IMG/VR virus record: IMGVR_UViG_3300033076_001137
Coordinates: 1 to 64,000 of that record
Reading direction: 5' to 3' (one strand)
DNA from: a virus
Lineage: Duplodnaviria > Caudoviricetes
DNA length: 64,000 nucleotides
Part shown: positions 27,201 to 35,822 of the stretch, one piece after another
Layout: each line of letters starts with the position of its first letter
Numbering within the stretch: the first letter of the stretch is position 1
Notes under the pieces: generated by a model
Seen by the model: only the letters and a program-made list of their open reading frames with translations
What the model was told of the DNA's origin: nothing
The model's database searches: none
Position numbers and translations under genes: made by a program

Positions 27201-27862
27201 GCAGTCGAGACGATGAAATTGTCATCCTCCTGCGCCTCCTTAAGCATTGCCAGGTCGACTCGAGGGAACTTGTAGAAACCCTCGGAGTAACCGCGACTCA
27301 CTAGACCGAAGAGGCGCTCAAGACCCTTGCTGTGTCGCGGGAGGACCACGAGGTGGTGACGACGGTTGATCGGGTTGAAGTGCTTCGTGCTCTTCGTCTC
27401 GTCCTCGTTCTCGATAGTGAGAGCCGAAGCGTCGGTATCGATGCCGATCGTCTCATCATTCTCATCGGTGACAGCGATGATGGGAGTCACCACGCTCTCG
27501 GGCTTCTCCTTCGCCTTCGCGTGACTCTTACGATCTCGCTTGAGCTGCTGCCACTCATGATACTCAGCCTGCCAGGCGTTGAGATCAGGGTGGATGTACA
27601 TCTCACAGCCTGGAATGAACTTCAAGTTCTTCCCAGCCTTCTTCAGCTTATCAGCGTGAAGCCACGCGTGACCGAAGCCGTTCATCTGACCGTGATCGGT
27701 CAGGCTCCAACCATCGAGACCGTTCTCAAGACAGAAGTCGATGTGTTCTTGCGGGTAACCAAGTCCGTCGAACGTGGTTACTTAGGAGAATCCGCTGTGC
27801 GAGTGAAGCCCAAAGAAGCGGCTCGGCACTCGCACGGGATTCTCATTTCCTCCGGTGCTCAT
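24221..27862 (-). CDS. dnaE: DNA polymerase III alpha (family C); interrupted by an in-frame TAA at codon 27
   Basis: PHP motifs LHSHSGFS*VTTFDG and TDHGQMNG; GRGSGAGSLV, PDIDTD, GRHAGGV, KFDLLGL, RPGPL, GYGFNLSHA. The true ATG at 27862 is in frame with the track ORF (27685) and overlaps the upstream stop (ATGA). Confidence 0.95.
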
Positions 27863-28737
27863 GTTGTTTCCCAGTTGATAAGGTTTGCGTACGTTATGTA
27901 CAATTCATTATACTCTGGTGCGCCAATCATTTGCACGATTTCAGCCGGATGCTCGTGTCGAAATAAATCTAGCTTTCTACGAGCAGAATCAGTCATGTAT
28001 CCCTTGATTTCGTAAAAAATCCCATCGACCTTGAAATCTGGGGTGTAAGTTGTTCCGTCAGAGAGCGTGAAGGATTCTGATTCATATTCGAAATCTTTTC
28101 CCTGAAGCTTCAGGATTCTAGCGAAGTTCGCTTCCCACGTGCTTCTCACGTAGAAACCAAGATCTTCTCTAAAACCTCCACGGCCGCGATGATTTCTTAG
28201 TCGTCCCTCTCTCACTCGCTTCGCAGCAGAAAGACTCATTTTCATTCTAGATTCATCTCCCATCTTCTTACCTCGACGGAGATTTGAAACTCTAGCGCGA
28301 CCCTCTTCAGTCTGTGTCCAATGAGTTTTATTTCTCATCTTTCCAGAAGACCATCTTTCTTTCATCAGTTTGGAAAGTTTCTCACGATGTTCGGCGGTGT
28401 TCGGATCCCATCCATCTTCATAACGTTTTTTCATGGATGCGCTTTTCGCAAGACGTTGAGCTTCGTCTTGAATGTAACCGCCCGTTGCTCGTCGAGTAGA
28501 CACCATGTTCGATTTAATGCAAATCGGACAATTTTTCGAAGTTTGGCGGCGAGTTACGTCGACGAAAGGCTTGAAACATGTTTCGCAATCCTTTTGAACG
28601 CCCTCAGTTTTCACTAAAGTTTCAGCTTTTCTCTGTGATCTTAAAGCATAAGAGCACTCTTTTCTTCCACAAGTCTCACGACTGGATCTCGCGACTTGTG
28701 CATCAATCCCGCAAATTCGACAAATGATAATTGGCAT
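27859..28737 (-). mobile_element. Free-standing putative homing endonuclease (Cys-rich N-terminus, basic NUMOD-like repeats, PD-(D/E)XK C-terminus)
   Basis: Several CxxC; RSTWEANFAR...YTPDF...YEIKG; located directly 5' of dnaE; ATAATTAA motif upstream. Confidence 0.7.
27907..27936 (-). promoter_or_regulatory. Sigma70-like promoter for dnaE inside the endonuclease 3' end
   Basis: GTGCAA-18 nt-TATAAT; same -35 hexamer as the promoter at 8464-8492. Confidence 0.55.
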
Positions 28738-28751
28738 CGATCACTCCGACG

Positions 28752-28759
28752 TTAATTAT
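28752..28759 (-). promoter_or_regulatory. ATANTTA(A) motif upstream of the endonuclease
   Basis: ATAATTAA 15 nt upstream of ATG 28737, followed by a GGAG RBS. Confidence 0.55.
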
Positions 28760-28786
28760 CTCATTGTACGCATACTCATAAAGGAT

Positions 28787-29017
28787 TTAGCAGGGGTTAT
28801 TCTTGTACCACTCAATGAGCTCGAGAATTCGTGGAAGCTCATCGTCGTCACAATCCTTGTAGCTTCGGCCGAGGCGCGCCTTCAACCTCTCCCAGATATG
28901 AGCGTACGAGTTACGCTTCTTCAGGAACTTACAAGGTGGCAACTTACCGTCGAGATGATCGCCCGCGTCCTTCGCGAAAGCGCGAACAATCTCTATATTT
29001 TCTTTTGACAGGGCCAT
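28787..29017 (-). CDS. Hypothetical protein
   Basis: ORF 76 aa with GGAG RBS. Confidence 0.75.
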   Translation of the reverse strand: MALSKENIEIVRAFAKDAGDHLDGKLPPCKFLKKRNSYAHIWERLKARLGRSYKDCDDDELPRILELIEWYKNNPC

Positions 29018-29067
29018 GACGCTCTCCTGTCGTAATATTAGGGACGACCGTCCCTATTTTACCCGCC

Positions 29068-29301
29068 TCAACCACGTTCCTTGATACGCTTTCCCTTACG
29101 AAGGACCACATCCTCGTACTCGAAACCAGCAGGACTTTGAGGATCCTTCGTCGTCTGGCCAGGTATAGCTGGGCGATCAATATCGTAGCCGCCGAGCTCG
29201 TCAAGCTCATCGTCTTGAACTATGAGCTTCTCCTTCTCACGATCGATGGATTCGATCTCCTCTCTCACTATCCTACGAAGAATTGACTCGCTGATGCGCA
29301 T
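29068..29301 (-). CDS. Hypothetical protein with MRISESILRRIVREE N-terminus
   Basis: ORF 77 aa; GAGG RBS; ATACTTAC upstream. Confidence 0.75.
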   Translation of the reverse strand: MRISESILRRIVREEIESIDREKEKLIVQDDELDELGGYDIDRPAIPGQTTKDPQSPAGFEYEDVVLRKGKRIKERG

Positions 29302-29322
29302 GATGAACCTCGTTCGTAAGTA

Positions 29323-30054
29323 TTAACGCCGAAGCATCTTCTGCGGTCGCTCTCCGGGCTTTCTACGATTTCTCACGCGGCGTGTCTCGGGCTCCGGAAG
29401 ATCGTATGTCATTTGACCGCCGATGAAACCATTCGCGACCCATGCCAAGATGTCGTCGATAAGATTGGGATTTTTCCCCGACCATCCAGAAACGCGAGCG
29501 ACATGATCAAGAATCTCACGCTGCTTTCCTTCACCCCAGACCCACGCAGCCGTGCCCTTGATCTGTGACATTCTATCCTCAAGATCACTAGCAAGACGTT
29601 CCATAGAGGCGATATGCTCGTCTACAGGAGCGTCTTCAATGTCGATATCGAGCTCTGCAGCGATCTCCAGCAGTCGACCACCTTCGCGTTTCTCGAGGGC
29701 GGACCTGGCGTTCTGAAACATCTTCGATCTTTCGATTCGTTCACGCTCGCTGAGCTCTTCACGAAGCAGAGCGTCAGGATGAGTTTTCATCGAAATCTTT
29801 CGAAAGAGTTTGCGTTGCCAAGCAGGAATCTCGGCATCGGCCTCTGAAGATGTGTCTTCTTCACCGTCAGTCGATTGCGATTTATTTTGCTGAGGTTGTT
29901 TGAGAAGCTCACCAGATCGTGATAGGAGTTCGATCACTGCTCGCTGGAGCTGCCAGCCTCTGCGATCGAACTCCTCCTCGAGATCGTAGAGCTCTTCACG
30001 AAGATAGCTGATCTTTAGTGATAGCTTCTTAAGTTTACGATCACCGTTACTCAT
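29323..30054 (-). CDS. J-domain-like (HPD) coiled-coil protein
   Basis: RKLFRKISMKTHPD followed by a helix, as in DnaJ helix II-HPD-helix III. Confidence 0.55.
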   Translation of the reverse strand: MSNGDRKLKKLSLKISYLREELYDLEEEFDRRGWQLQRAVIELLSRSGELLKQPQQNKSQSTDGEEDTSSEADAEIPAWQRKLFRKISMKTHPDALLREELSERERIERSKMFQNARSALEKREGGRLLEIAAELDIDIEDAPVDEHIASMERLASDLEDRMSQIKGTAAWVWGEGKQREILDHVARVSGWSGKNPNLIDDILAWVANGFIGGQMTYDLPEPETRRVRNRRKPGERPQKMLRR

Positions 30055-30108
30055 CTTGCTCCATCAAGAGCAAGAGTTCCTAGAGATCCGATGCTCTTTC
30101 GTTAATTA

Positions 30109-30549
30109 TCAGATGCTAGAGCTTTCAAGACCATCGATAAGCGTTGATTTGACCATAGCTTCGAACTTCTCAAGTTCCTGAATTCGAAGTTTACCCGTGC
30201 TCTTTACAGCCTCCAGAGCGCGTCTCATTCCGTCTTGCGTGGCTTCCAATCTTACGATATCTTCTAAAGAGCTCTTTGAGTTGGACTCAAGAGCGACGAT
30301 AATCGATGTGATAGATCCAACGAGATGCTCAAATTTGGCCGCAGGATCGACAGAACAATTAGCTGAGCTTGTGAGGCTCTCCTTGAGCTCAGCGATGAGA
30401 TCATTCGTCAGCTTCTCATTCGCAGAGACCGCCATCTTACGCTCCAAAATAACCTGATTATTCGTCTCCAGCTTGCTGATGAGCTCTTCTGCAAGACGAA
30501 TGATCTCGATCGATGTTTGTCTGCTTCTATCTAACTCTTCCTGTGTCAT
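30109..30549 (-). CDS. Coiled-coil hypothetical protein
   Basis: ORF 146 aa. Confidence 0.7.
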   Translation of the reverse strand: MTQEELDRSRQTSIEIIRLAEELISKLETNNQVILERKMAVSANEKLTNDLIAELKESLTSSANCSVDPAAKFEHLVGSITSIIVALESNSKSSLEDIVRLEATQDGMRRALEAVKSTGKLRIQELEKFEAMVKSTLIDGLESSSI

Positions 30550-30580
30550 GGTAGAAATATAACAGGAAAAAGATCAGATA

Positions 30581-30607
30581 AAACGGCGGAATATAATTCC
30601 GTCGTTT
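30581..30607 (-). terminator. Rho-independent terminator
   Basis: AAACGGCGGAAT-ata-ATTCCGTCGTTT inverted repeat right after a stop codon. Confidence 0.7.
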
Positions 30608-30858
30608 CAGCTTTTACCGCGAAGAGCGCGCCAAATCTCGACGGGCCAAAGCAATGATTCCTTGTAACGATTGCGAATGTTAACTTTCATCTTCTGGCAT
30701 TCGATCTTGGTCTCCTTGGATCGGGCAGTGTTACCAAGGTCTACCAAAAAATTGAAAAGAATGATTTTCGAGACGAGAGAAGCGAATGAGATCGCAATGT
30801 ACTCGACAGGGATGACGAAGCAGAGAACGTACAATACGGTGGAATAATTTTCAGGCAT
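30607..30858 (-). CDS. Small membrane-associated hypothetical protein
   Basis: Hydrophobic N-terminal half; AGGAG RBS; ATAATTAA at 30880-30873. Confidence 0.65.
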   Translation of the reverse strand: MPENYSTVLYVLCFVIPVEYIAISFASLVSKIILFNFLVDLGNTARSKETKIECQKMKVNIRNRYKESLLWPVEIWRALRGKS

Positions 30859-30876
30859 AATCAACTCCTGAGTTAA

Positions 30877-31401
30877 TTATTCGTCTTCATTATCCTTGTC
30901 GAGGCTTTCCGCAGCTTTCTTCCGAAGCTCTGATGCCTTCCTCTTTATTCTCAGAGATTCGGGCCTATCACCCAACTCTCGCTTAGCATCGATCGGTTCT
31001 TCGCTCGTCGCAAGAGTCTCAATGCGTTCAGCCTCGCGGAGGAGCGCGGTTCCGATTCCTTCGACGAGAGACGCTGCTGCGTTTAAACCCTCAGCGTATC
31101 CAGAGAGACGATTGCTCAAAGACGATTTGGAATCCCTTACGTTTCGAGCTGCGGTGAGGGCGTCATTGATCGATGAGGCCATCGACTTCAGCGCCTGGTC
31201 GGAAGGGAGGTTTCCCAGCTCGTAAACGCGCAGCGCTGGTATGAGATGACGTTCGATCTGATCAGCGAACTCGCGCGACAATGCAGCATCATGCTCACGG
31301 GTCTTGAGAGCGTCGCCCAGGACAGCACGTTTCTTTCGAATCTCGTCCGCAGCCGAGGTAAGAGCGCTTGACATGTCACGTTCTTTCTGCGATTTAATCA
31401 T
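30877..31401 (-). CDS. Coiled-coil hypothetical protein (start probably 31401, not 31458)
   Basis: The track start lies inside a terminator hairpin. Confidence 0.7.
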   Translation of the reverse strand: MIKSQKERDMSSALTSAADEIRKKRAVLGDALKTREHDAALSREFADQIERHLIPALRVYELGNLPSDQALKSMASSINDALTAARNVRDSKSSLSNRLSGYAEGLNAAASLVEGIGTALLREAERIETLATSEEPIDAKRELGDRPESLRIKRKASELRKKAAESLDKDNEDE

Positions 31402-31443
31402 GTCAAATGATACGAACGAAAAGTGATCGAGTAAAACAGAAAT

Positions 31444-31470
31444 GGGGCGGGGACTCATCGTCCCCGCCCC
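31444..31470 (-). terminator. Rho-independent terminator
   Basis: GGGGCGGGGAC-tcatc-GTCCCCGCCCC, 11-bp stem with a T-rich tail on the minus strand; second hairpin at 31481-31498. Confidence 0.85.
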
Positions 31471-31517
31471 AACCCGTGAATGACCCGTTGCGGGGTCAGA
31501 TCATCGGGTGGCCTTCA

Positions 31518-33158
31518 TCAGGCCTTCTGCATCACGACCACGTCGCCAGCCTCAAGACCGAACGCGAAGGAGAGGGCGCTGGACGTGAGAGTGTAGTCGT
31601 CGCCGGCGATCATGAGCTGACCGTTGACGAAGATGAGGGCGTTCGCCGCGCTCAGGGAGCTCATGAAGCTGATGTCGCCCGAGAACTCCGTGGACATGTC
31701 GTTGGTCGCTTCGACGGGCACTGTGATCTTCGCAACAGCCTTCTTGGGGGCCACGGCGGCGTCGAGCGCATCGATCTGGGACTGGAGGCCCTCCTCAACG
31801 CCCATTGCGCGAGTCACCTCGTCAGCGAGGTCAGAAGCGAGAGCAGCCTCGGCGTCCGTTGCGCGAGTCACCTCGGCAGCGAGGTCGTCGGTGAGGACGC
31901 CCTCAGCGGTCTGAGCGCGGCTGACTTCGTCAGCGAGGTCAGAAGCGAGAGCAGCCTCAGCGGTCTGAGCGCGGCTGACTTCGTCAGCGAGAGCAGCTTC
32001 GAGGTTGGAGATGTCGGTGTCGATGGCAGAGACGTCGATGACGAGCTTGCCGGAGACAACGCTCACGCCCACGGAGCCAGAGCCGTCGATCAGAGCATCG
32101 AGGTCGGCGGCGTCAGCAGCGATGATCTCGCCTGAACCGTTGGACTTGAGGAGCGTCGCGCTCTGGACAGCGCTGGCCAGGATTGCAGCCTCGAGCTTCT
32201 CGGAGGCAACCCACTTGCTACCAGTCTCGTTCCACTTGATGGAGGCGAGCTCGGTGCCCTCCTGTCCACCAACGTAGAAGCCTGAGTCGTTTCCGACGTC
32301 GCCCGCTGTGGCGTTAGAAGCGACCACGAACGACTTGTCAGCGATCGAGACGATCGTCGAGTTCACTGTGGTTGTGGTACCCTGCACCGTGAGGTTACCG
32401 GCCACCGTGAGTGCGCCACCGACGGCGACGTTATTGTCGAACTGAGCGCGATCTGCGAGGACGGGGCCGCTGAAGGATGCGCTAACAGCTGCAACCTCGC
32501 CACCGACGACGGTGAGGAGCGTATGACCGTTGAAGGTACCAACCGTCAGGTTCGCGTGATCTTCGATGTTGGTGTTCGTGCCCGAGCCGCCGACGTAGTA
32601 GAGGTGACCAGCGGTGTCACCGCTGATCTTGATCTGGTTCGCCGTGACACCGCCGTTGAAGGTGGCAGCGCCACCGACAGTGAGGGCGCCGGGTGTGTAG
32701 AACTGACCAGCGTTGACGCCCATGGAAGCAGAGAGCGAACCGGAGAGTCCGACCACGAGCATCGGCGCCATCGGATCGAGGATCTGGAACTTGTAGGAGC
32801 TCATGAGGTCGCCAGTGGAGCTGCCGAACACGAAGGCGCCGTTCTTGTTGAGGTCCTCGACCATCGCGTGGGAGGCTGTCACTCCAGAAGCGATGTCGAG
32901 TGAGCCGAGCACCTTGAGCTGGCCACCGGCAGCGGCATCAGCCTCGATGTGCTTCGCGAGGTCGAGGAGCTGGACCTTGCCGGCATCCGCGGGGACGTCC
33001 TGATTCCAGGTTCCACCGATGATCTCGGCAACCTGGGTCTTGAGTGCGTCAAGATCGTCGGAGAGAGCACCACCGGAGACGAGCTCGGCCTTGATCTGCT
33101 CTGCGCGGATCTTGGTGAAGGGGCTGGAAGCAGCGGGTGTGAAAGTCTTTGTAGACAT
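31518..33158 (-). CDS. Fibre-like structural protein with coiled-coil repeat stalk
   Basis: 546 aa; Gly/Thr-rich beta repeats (GALTVAGNLTVQGTTTTVNST), LADEVSRAQTAE repeats, C-terminal NGQLMIAGDDY module; AAGGA RBS. Confidence 0.7.
   Translation of the reverse strand: MSTKTFTPAASSPFTKIRAEQIKAELVSGGALSDDLDALKTQVAEIIGGTWNQDVPADAGKVQLLDLAKHIEADAAAGGQLKVLGSLDIASGVTASHAMVEDLNKNGAFVFGSSTGDLMSSYKFQILDPMAPMLVVGLSGSLSASMGVNAGQFYTPGALTVGGAATFNGGVTANQIKISGDTAGHLYYVGGSGTNTNIEDHANLTVGTFNGHTLLTVVGGEVAAVSASFSGPVLADRAQFDNNVAVGGALTVAGNLTVQGTTTTVNSTIVSIADKSFVVASNATAGDVGNDSGFYVGGQEGTELASIKWNETGSKWVASEKLEAAILASAVQSATLLKSNGSGEIIAADAADLDALIDGSGSVGVSVVSGKLVIDVSAIDTDISNLEAALADEVSRAQTAEAALASDLADEVSRAQTAEGVLTDDLAAEVTRATDAEAALASDLADEVTRAMGVEEGLQSQIDALDAAVAPKKAVAKITVPVEATNDMSTEFSGDISFMSSLSAANALIFVNGQLMIAGDDYTLTSSALSFAFGLEAGDVVVMQKA
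31805..31995. repeat. Tandem 54-nt (18-aa) imperfect repeats
   Basis: GCGGTCTGAGCGCGGCTGACTTCGTCAGCGAG twice and CGTCAGCGAGGTCAGAAGCGAGAGCAGCCTC twice; encodes (A/V)LxxDLADEV(S/T)RA units. Confidence 0.8.
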
Positions 33159-33196
33159 TTGTTTATTCCTTGTGTTAGAGATACACTATCGCACGT

Positions 33197-33355
33197 CGAA
33201 CCCATCCACCATTGGTAGGAACGAACGTACTCTCCAACCGAACACGAACTGGAACTCGGGAGCCAGCGTCGAACGCATGACGACCAGTCCCATCGAATAC
33301 AATTATACTCGATCGAACCAAACTTCTAACCGTATTCGAAAAAAACGTAACGAAA
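33197..33355. repeat. Intergenic cluster of CGAAC (GTTCG) pentamers
   Basis: Exact copies at 33197, 33222, 33239, 33245, 33270 and 33314, plus near-matches, in a roughly 230-nt non-coding gap. Confidence 0.65.
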
Positions 33356-33391
33356 ACAAACAGTTACAAATAACCAAACTGAGATACTATC

Positions 33392-33610
33392 TCACGCTCC
33401 GTACAGAGCCTTCTTCAACGCGCGAACCTGGGAATCGTACATGCTAAATTCACCGTTCACGAACTCAAGCGCGAGCATGGAGCAGGTGCCATCATCCTCG
33501 AATTCGAAGTTGAATCTTCCGCCGCTTGCCCTGTTAGCTGTGAGGAGCTTCCTACCCTTCATCTTCAGGAATGCTGCGAGTGCTAGATCTGATGTGTTGT
33601 ACGTTCTCAC
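33392..33610 (-). CDS. DUF5659-like small protein
   Basis: TSDLALAAFLKMKG...FNFEF pattern; GTG start with AAGGA RBS. Confidence 0.6.
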   Translation of the reverse strand: MRTYNTSDLALAAFLKMKGRKLLTANRASGGRFNFEFEDDGTCSMLALEFVNGEFSMYDSQVRALKKALYGA

Positions 33611-33682
33611 GGGTTGTTCCTTTACTTCCTGTGCTTCTAAGTATTACTAATTTTCGTGCAACTTTGTTCATGTCAAAGAAAA

Positions 33683-35101
33683 TTAAGCGACGTATGAGTA
33701 TGTCGCCCGCACCACATCCTCAGACATAACAGGGGCGCGAAAAATGACGTCTCGACCATTGAGGTAGTAGTCGTAATCATTGCCCTGCGTGAGCAGCTGA
33801 CCGTTCAAGAATAGCATCAGGGAGCTGCTTGGATCGGGCTCATGTGGAAGGGTAAGACCTTCCATCATGTTGTTGACTATTGCTATCTGAGCAGGTGCTG
33901 CATTCATAGCGTAGAGCTTCGCAGACACGTTTCTCGAGTACATCGCCCTTAGAACGTCTCCCTCTAAAGGAGCAGCTCCTGGAATCAGCGTGATCTGTTT
34001 GCCAGCAAGAGAGTAATCCAAACCCTGCGTGAGCAGTTGACCGTTGAACCAAAGCATGAATGAGCTCGGATCGACCGGAGCGTCAGTGAGCTCAAACAAT
34101 AAATTTTGACCGTTTTGGACTCCTGAGGGAGAAGCGTTCATGACGAGCTCGGTCACGAAGCCCGCTGCGGATGTCACATTGGAGGTGATCTCAATTTGAC
34201 CGTTGGAACCCGTGACGATCTTGATTCCAGTTCCAGCTTTCAGATATGGAGTTGTACCATCCGCGAGAGTAGTTAGCGATCCGCTTAGACCTCCGCGAGC
34301 GACAATTTGCCCCGTGAATATTGATCCATCCAGAAGGGCTAGTCCGGTCTTATCCAGGGATAATGTGAGCGAATCACCGCTGATAGATCCATTGATGCCA
34401 TCAGTCGCGATCACATTACGCGCAGAGCTTCCCGTAACAGTCGAAGAGATAGTAATCTCTCCGTTCGAACCTGTTACGAATGAGATTCCGTCACCGGCGG
34501 CCAGTGATAATCTTTCTGGGATGAAGCTAGTATCGAGAGATAGTGAAAGCTTTCCATCACCTGTCGCCGTCCCGATTAAACCGCTACCGGACGGGACGAT
34601 GACACCAGCTTCGGTGGCAGCTATGTAAGCTGCGTCAAGCGTGAAAGTGTAAGAGTTCGCAAGTCGATTGATCTTTACGCCAGCTCCCTCAATAAAATGT
34701 GGGAGGGTCGTCTCGCGATTGAGAGACAGTGTGAGTATCCCATTCGAGATCGATGATTCGAGACCGTTTCCGGGCTTGATGAGCGTCTCGATACCACCTG
34801 AAGATGATCCTAACGAAACTGTGACCGTTCCGTTTCCTGTGTCAGAAACTTTCAAACCGTTACCAGCTCTAAGAGCCAGTGAACCGTCCGGGAGCTTCAA
34901 CGCGCCGCGGACACCGCCAGCAACCTCCAGGGAGCCGTCTATATAGCCGCTGCCCTTGACCTTTAGAGACGTGTCCTTGTAACCGTCGATCCCGATCTGC
35001 AGCTCATGAGGCGCGACGATCTTCGCGATATCTAGGTTATTTTTTTCCTTGACGACGATGAAGTCCTGCTTTCTAACGTCGTTCTTGGTGATTGGAGGCA
35101 T
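33683..35101 (-). CDS. Fibre or decoration-like structural protein
   Basis: 472 aa; repeated (A/P)G(N/S/D)G(L/I) turns; two C-terminal L(W/F)(F/L)NGQLLTQG..Y modules. Confidence 0.65.
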   Translation of the reverse strand: MPPITKNDVRKQDFIVVKEKNNLDIAKIVAPHELQIGIDGYKDTSLKVKGSGYIDGSLEVAGGVRGALKLPDGSLALRAGNGLKVSDTGNGTVTVSLGSSSGGIETLIKPGNGLESSISNGILTLSLNRETTLPHFIEGAGVKINRLANSYTFTLDAAYIAATEAGVIVPSGSGLIGTATGDGKLSLSLDTSFIPERLSLAAGDGISFVTGSNGEITISSTVTGSSARNVIATDGINGSISGDSLTLSLDKTGLALLDGSIFTGQIVARGGLSGSLTTLADGTTPYLKAGTGIKIVTGSNGQIEITSNVTSAAGFVTELVMNASPSGVQNGQNLLFELTDAPVDPSSFMLWFNGQLLTQGLDYSLAGKQITLIPGAAPLEGDVLRAMYSRNVSAKLYAMNAAPAQIAIVNNMMEGLTLPHEPDPSSSLMLFLNGQLLTQGNDYDYYLNGRDVIFRAPVMSEDVVRATYSYVA

Positions 35102-35120
35102 CTCGGCTCTAAATATGACA

Positions 35121-35143
35121 AGGGACCGAATCGCTCGGTCCCT
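35121..35143. terminator. Terminator-like hairpin
   Basis: AGGGACCGA-atcgc-TCGGTCCCT right after the 35148 stop. Confidence 0.7.
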
Positions 35144-35147
35144 TTTA

Positions 35148-35531
35148 TCAGTAGCCGTCCCTCAATCTTCGGCAGATCTTATCATGCTTTCGAAGATACG
35201 CTGAGTGGAGCTCGTCGGGTGTGATTCCGACCAGCTTCAGTGTTGTGTAGAAGTACTTCATCGCGTCAACGATCTCCTCGAGAAATGCCTCCCGATCGAG
35301 ATGAGGAACATCGGTCTGCCGATGCGACTTTGCATTCTTCAGCTCCTGGAGAGCCTCGAACATCTCCTCAACTCCTTTCAAGGTAACGTCCCTGAGGAGG
35401 ATTTGAGATTCCTTCTTCGTCACATCAACGGGCCATTCTGGGTAATAGCCCTCGAAGCGTTGACACAGAAGATGCATAAACTCCTCGCGGAGCTCAAACA
35501 TCTCATCAAGCTTGTCAGCTGGCTTCGACAT
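35148..35531 (-). CDS. All-alpha NTP pyrophosphatase (dUTPase/dCTPase, MazG-like)
   Basis: EEMFEALQE...EEIVDAMKY ExxE/EExD metal motif. Confidence 0.75.
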   Translation of the reverse strand: MSKPADKLDEMFELREEFMHLLCQRFEGYYPEWPVDVTKKESQILLRDVTLKGVEEMFEALQELKNAKSHRQTDVPHLDREAFLEEIVDAMKYFYTTLKLVGITPDELHSAYLRKHDKICRRLRDGY

Positions 35532-35772
35532 TCCGCATGCCCTCAGCAGCTAGCTCATCGACACGTTCCTGGAGACGATGAACAGCCTCATTGAAAGCTC
35601 GATTATCGTCATCGCTGATGGTGAGCTTCGAACCGTCAACAGTCAGTCGAAGGGTCCTGAGGTTGTCGATGATGTCAGTGCCTGTCAGGAGAGCGAGCTG
35701 AAGGAGGTCGACGATACGGACGATGGCATGATCTGAAAGGGTGACAGTGTTGTTAACTACAGTGCTATCCAT
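35515..35772 (-). CDS. Hypothetical protein
   Basis: ORF 85 aa; GGAG RBS. Confidence 0.7.
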   Translation of the reverse strand: MDSTVVNNTVTLSDHAIVRIVDLLQLALLTGTDIIDNLRTLRLTVDGSKLTISDDDNRAFNEAVHRLQERVDELAAEGMRNVEAS

Positions 35773-35822
35773 GTGATTAGTCTCCGTTGAGATTATAGAA
35801 GGTGCATGAGCAGTTTATAGGC

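Noticed and set aside
24221-27685. Intein in DnaE (also checked in NrdJ and the helicase)
   Set aside because: Lengths are typical and no Cys/Ser...His-Asn intein ends or LAGLIDADG blocks were seen.
27782-27784. Genome-wide reassignment of TAA as the explanation for the dnaE stop
   Set aside because: TAA terminates many genes at tight junctions (e.g. TAAATG at 425/424 and 3945/3944), so the event is local.
27776-27784. Group I or group II intron at the dnaE insertion
   Set aside because: Nine nt cannot hold a ribozyme core, and the boundaries do not fit U-exon/G-terminal or GUGYG...AY rules.
31805-31995. CRISPR-like array
   Set aside because: The repeats are in-frame coding repeats of a coiled-coil stalk with no unique spacers; no cas genes in the window.
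33197-33320. tRNA genes suggested by GTTCGA T-loop-like motifs
   Set aside because: No acceptor, D or anticodon stems could be folded around any copy.
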